Positions 61,242 to 64,000 of a stretch of 64,000 bases of DNA are shown piece by piece. Numbering within the stretch: the first letter of the stretch is position 1; every line of letters starts with the position of its first letter. The stretch lies in assembly GCA_002269645.1 (NCBI GenBank), contig NIVC01000859.1, positions 248,001 through 312,000 of the forward strand, given 5' to 3'. The DNA comes from Macrostomum lignano (Eukaryota). The notes beneath the pieces are model-generated. The model was not told where the DNA came from. It did not search any database and saw only the letters and a list, made by a program, of their open reading frames with translations. The translations under genes and the position numbers were made by a program.

Positions 61242-61720
61242 GCAGTGGCGTCGCCATATGGGTTTGACGGGGGTGACAACGCCAAGAATTCTATATGTTA
61301 CCTACAACTAAATTCCCAATACGTACATTATTTTAAGAAACTGCTCATTTTAGCGCCGCAGGCACTCATTTTAGCGCCGCAGGCACTCATTTTAGCGCCG
61401 CAGGCACTCATTTTAGCGCCGCAGGCACTCATTTTAGCGCCGCAGGCACTCATTTTGGCACCGCAGGCACTTATTTTAGCGCCGCAGGCACTCATTTTAG
61501 CGCCGCAGGCACTTATTTTAGCGCCGCAGGCACTCATTTTAGCGCCGCAGGCACTTATTTTAGCGCCTCGCAGGCACTCATTTTAGCGCCGCGCAGGCAC
61601 TCATTTTAGCGCCGCAGGCCCTCATTTTGGCACCGCAGGCACTCATTTATTAGCGCCGCAGGCCCTCATTTTGGCACCGCAGGCACTCATATTTTAGCGC
61701 CGCAGGCACTCATTTTGGTG
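61242..61720 (+). mobile_element. Minisatellite-bearing MITE-like element (CAGTGGCGTCGCC head plus 21-bp array 61340-61720)
   Basis: Head resembles those at 29820 and 48705; aggcactcattttagcgccgc repeats follow. Confidence 0.65.
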
Positions 61721-64000
61721 CCACAAGCGTTATATTTTGTCGCCCTGAAGCAAAATTGTTGATTTTCATAACGGGTCGCAAGCTATAAGGTGCAGGGGTG
61801 GGGGGGAAAAGCATTGGCATATGTCTCCCCCATAGCTTGTTACAGGGCGGACATGTCCCCTGTCCTCGGCCCGCTGTGATCATACGCTATATAGCAACTC
61901 AGATTGAGCTTTATTAATGAAACCAATTTAATTAAGCCTCACCTCATCTGAAAACAGGCAGTGAGGTTCATTATTGGTCGCGACTAATGGACAATAAAGT
62001 AAGTCAGTTTGAGCTTATATAGGAAGAGCAGTTGACCTTGCGATCCTTGCGATCGTCTTAATTGGGCCGTTTCATAACTCCAGTCGTTATCAATTCATTT
62101 TCCTAGCTCATATTATTGCTGATTTGTAGGTTGACAGAGCGATTGTAAGCCTAATTTTAGCAGAAATGAACAGACTAAGTTATGAGAGGAAGATGCCGTT
62201 ATGAATAAAGAGAGCGTAGCCCTCTCTGACTTACAAAATCTCAACTCTGATGAATAAATGGAGCGGTGACTTCTAAGCAACAACCCTCTGGAGAATTGGA
62301 TGAATGAACTAATGGCCATATACATGTAGATCAAAGCTTCTGAGCCGCAACTCTGAAAATAGTTAAGGCAATTCCATCTTAATTCATGTGTGTTCTTCAG
62401 GCTGCAGTCTTTGTCTTCAGTTGTATAGGACTGATCGCTAATTCTGAGTCTCTGTGCATGTACATTAAAACCTGGTTTTGAGTTCTATAAGGCTAATTTT
62501 ATTTATACGTACTGACCTTGAGCTGCTGTTCCCAAATTCAGAGAAAATTTAATTCTCAGACTTGAGCAACTTCAACTTGCGCCAGCACTATCTCAGAGTT
62601 TGATGCGGAATTGCATGTACTCGCCATCCCTCACTAATGACTGTGTAGGTCGCGCGTTAAAGTCCGCCATGGCGCGGGCTGCGCGCGACAGCTTTTGCAT
62701 GGCACGTGTGATCGAACCGCGCCCCTGCCACCCCTGCAGCCCATGGCATGAGGACAGTAAAATGATGGAGGAGATAGCTAAAAACTTTCTCTCCCCGTAA
62801 TTAGCTAAATAAACTTGCACATCGGCCGGAGAGACTCCACCGATTTTTACGCTACGGGCCTAAGCTCGACCGTAGGCTCGTGCATGGCTACGGAAAAATG
62901 TAGCCCGCGAGCATTGAAATTGTTCCATTGATATCGTAGAGTCGTATGTTCCATTTCAGTGTTCCATTGCTGTCGTAGAGAGAAGGTAGTGGATAGCCAA
63001 CAACAAAAATATTCGCTACACTTTTCCACACGGTCTATTAACGCCCCAAAGGTTTACGTTTAAGGACCACTGTATAGAGCAGTAGTCAGTAGAGCATAGC
63101 TGCTGCTATATATAGCATAGGCCCCTAGCATACATACAGATTGGTCAATAGTTTAACTTAGATGCCTGCAAAAAGCTATATAAAACGTTTCTGGATATCC
63201 CCGTGTAATTTTATTTTGTGATTTTTCTTTTTAGTTGCTAAAACTTTTTAGTTGTTGCTTTCAGTTGTTAAAACTAAAAGTAATAAGACAGAAAAGTAAC
63301 AGAAAAAATTATCGCACATAAAGAAGTCAGAAAGAAGCTGAGAAGCTAAAAGGAACATGTGATTTAGGTTACTTGACGACGAGGCCTCAGTCCACATAAA
63401 CACGAACATTTATTTCTCAAAGTTAAGGACCCTGACCAGTCATAGCTTATATAGTTAAAAAAGACTTTGTTTTAAATGAAAAAATGCAGGCGCAAATCCA
63501 AAAATCACGAAGTGCCGAGTTATTTTCTTTTTAAAGCAAATTTCAAGAGCTTAACTAATTATTTTAGATAAATTCAAAAAGCGGCAGATAAAATGACAAC
63601 TTAGAAAATATAAAAAATATAATCATTTTAGTTGCATAACTTTTAATCGTTTCGTCACTTACAAGTTACAAGCTATAATAGGTTTATAATTAATAATAAT
63701 TAATTACCAAATTAGGCCTCTTTTTATTTGGCTTGCAATCATAATGAGGCTTTCACCTTTGCAATGAGCAGCGTTGTTGCTGTAAATCCTAACGAGGATG
63801 TACCAGATGGCCAAAGTAAGCTTTTTTTATTTTTAATTCATGCCTAGGCATACTTACCATGTTTAACTGTTTTTTATTTAATAATTGACTCTGAAGAGTG
63901 AAGGAAGTTCCAAACTTGTCTTAGTTTAGAAGTCTCTGGGTTAAAACAGGACAATCATACTAATGGAAAAAGAAACAGAGATAATGCCACTTGAAGTTTT

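Noticed and set aside
62593-63029. Short ORFs near the window end
   Set aside because: They have no motif, splice support or paralogue within the window.
63848-63865. U1 snRNA-like start atacttacc
   Set aside because: There is no downstream U1 similarity; it is more likely a minus-strand splice donor or chance.

Overview
Repeat-dense eukaryotic (animal) genomic DNA. I see no prokaryotic operons, rRNA genes or CRISPR arrays. Most long ORFs in the supplied track are artefacts of micro- and minisatellites. GC-rich RTE-type LINE pieces in an AT-richer background resemble Macrostomum-type flatworm DNA, but that is inference only. Supportable content: (1) several LINE fragments, including an RNase H/CCHC LINE nested in an RTE-like RT gene with a 14-bp TSD; (2) a head-to-tail pair of non-autonomous Helitron-like elements carrying minisatellites and telomere-like repeats; (3) a modular non-autonomous repeat family in about 5 pieces, two of them carrying the same captured RT fragment; (4) hAT-type MITEs, a tRNA-derived SINE, and a 1.8-kb satellite flanked by an apparent TSD; (5) tandem duplications with periods of 1,915 bp and about 7.17 kb; (6) spliced gene models with phase-consistent GT-AG introns. 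These are a 3-exon orphan gene with Gln/Ala/Pro tracts in three partial or complete copies, a 2-exon 377-aa orphan gene, and a disabled RTP/zf-3CxxC-like gene. Coordinates were read by eye; repeat boundaries are approximate unless a TSD or splice site fixes them.
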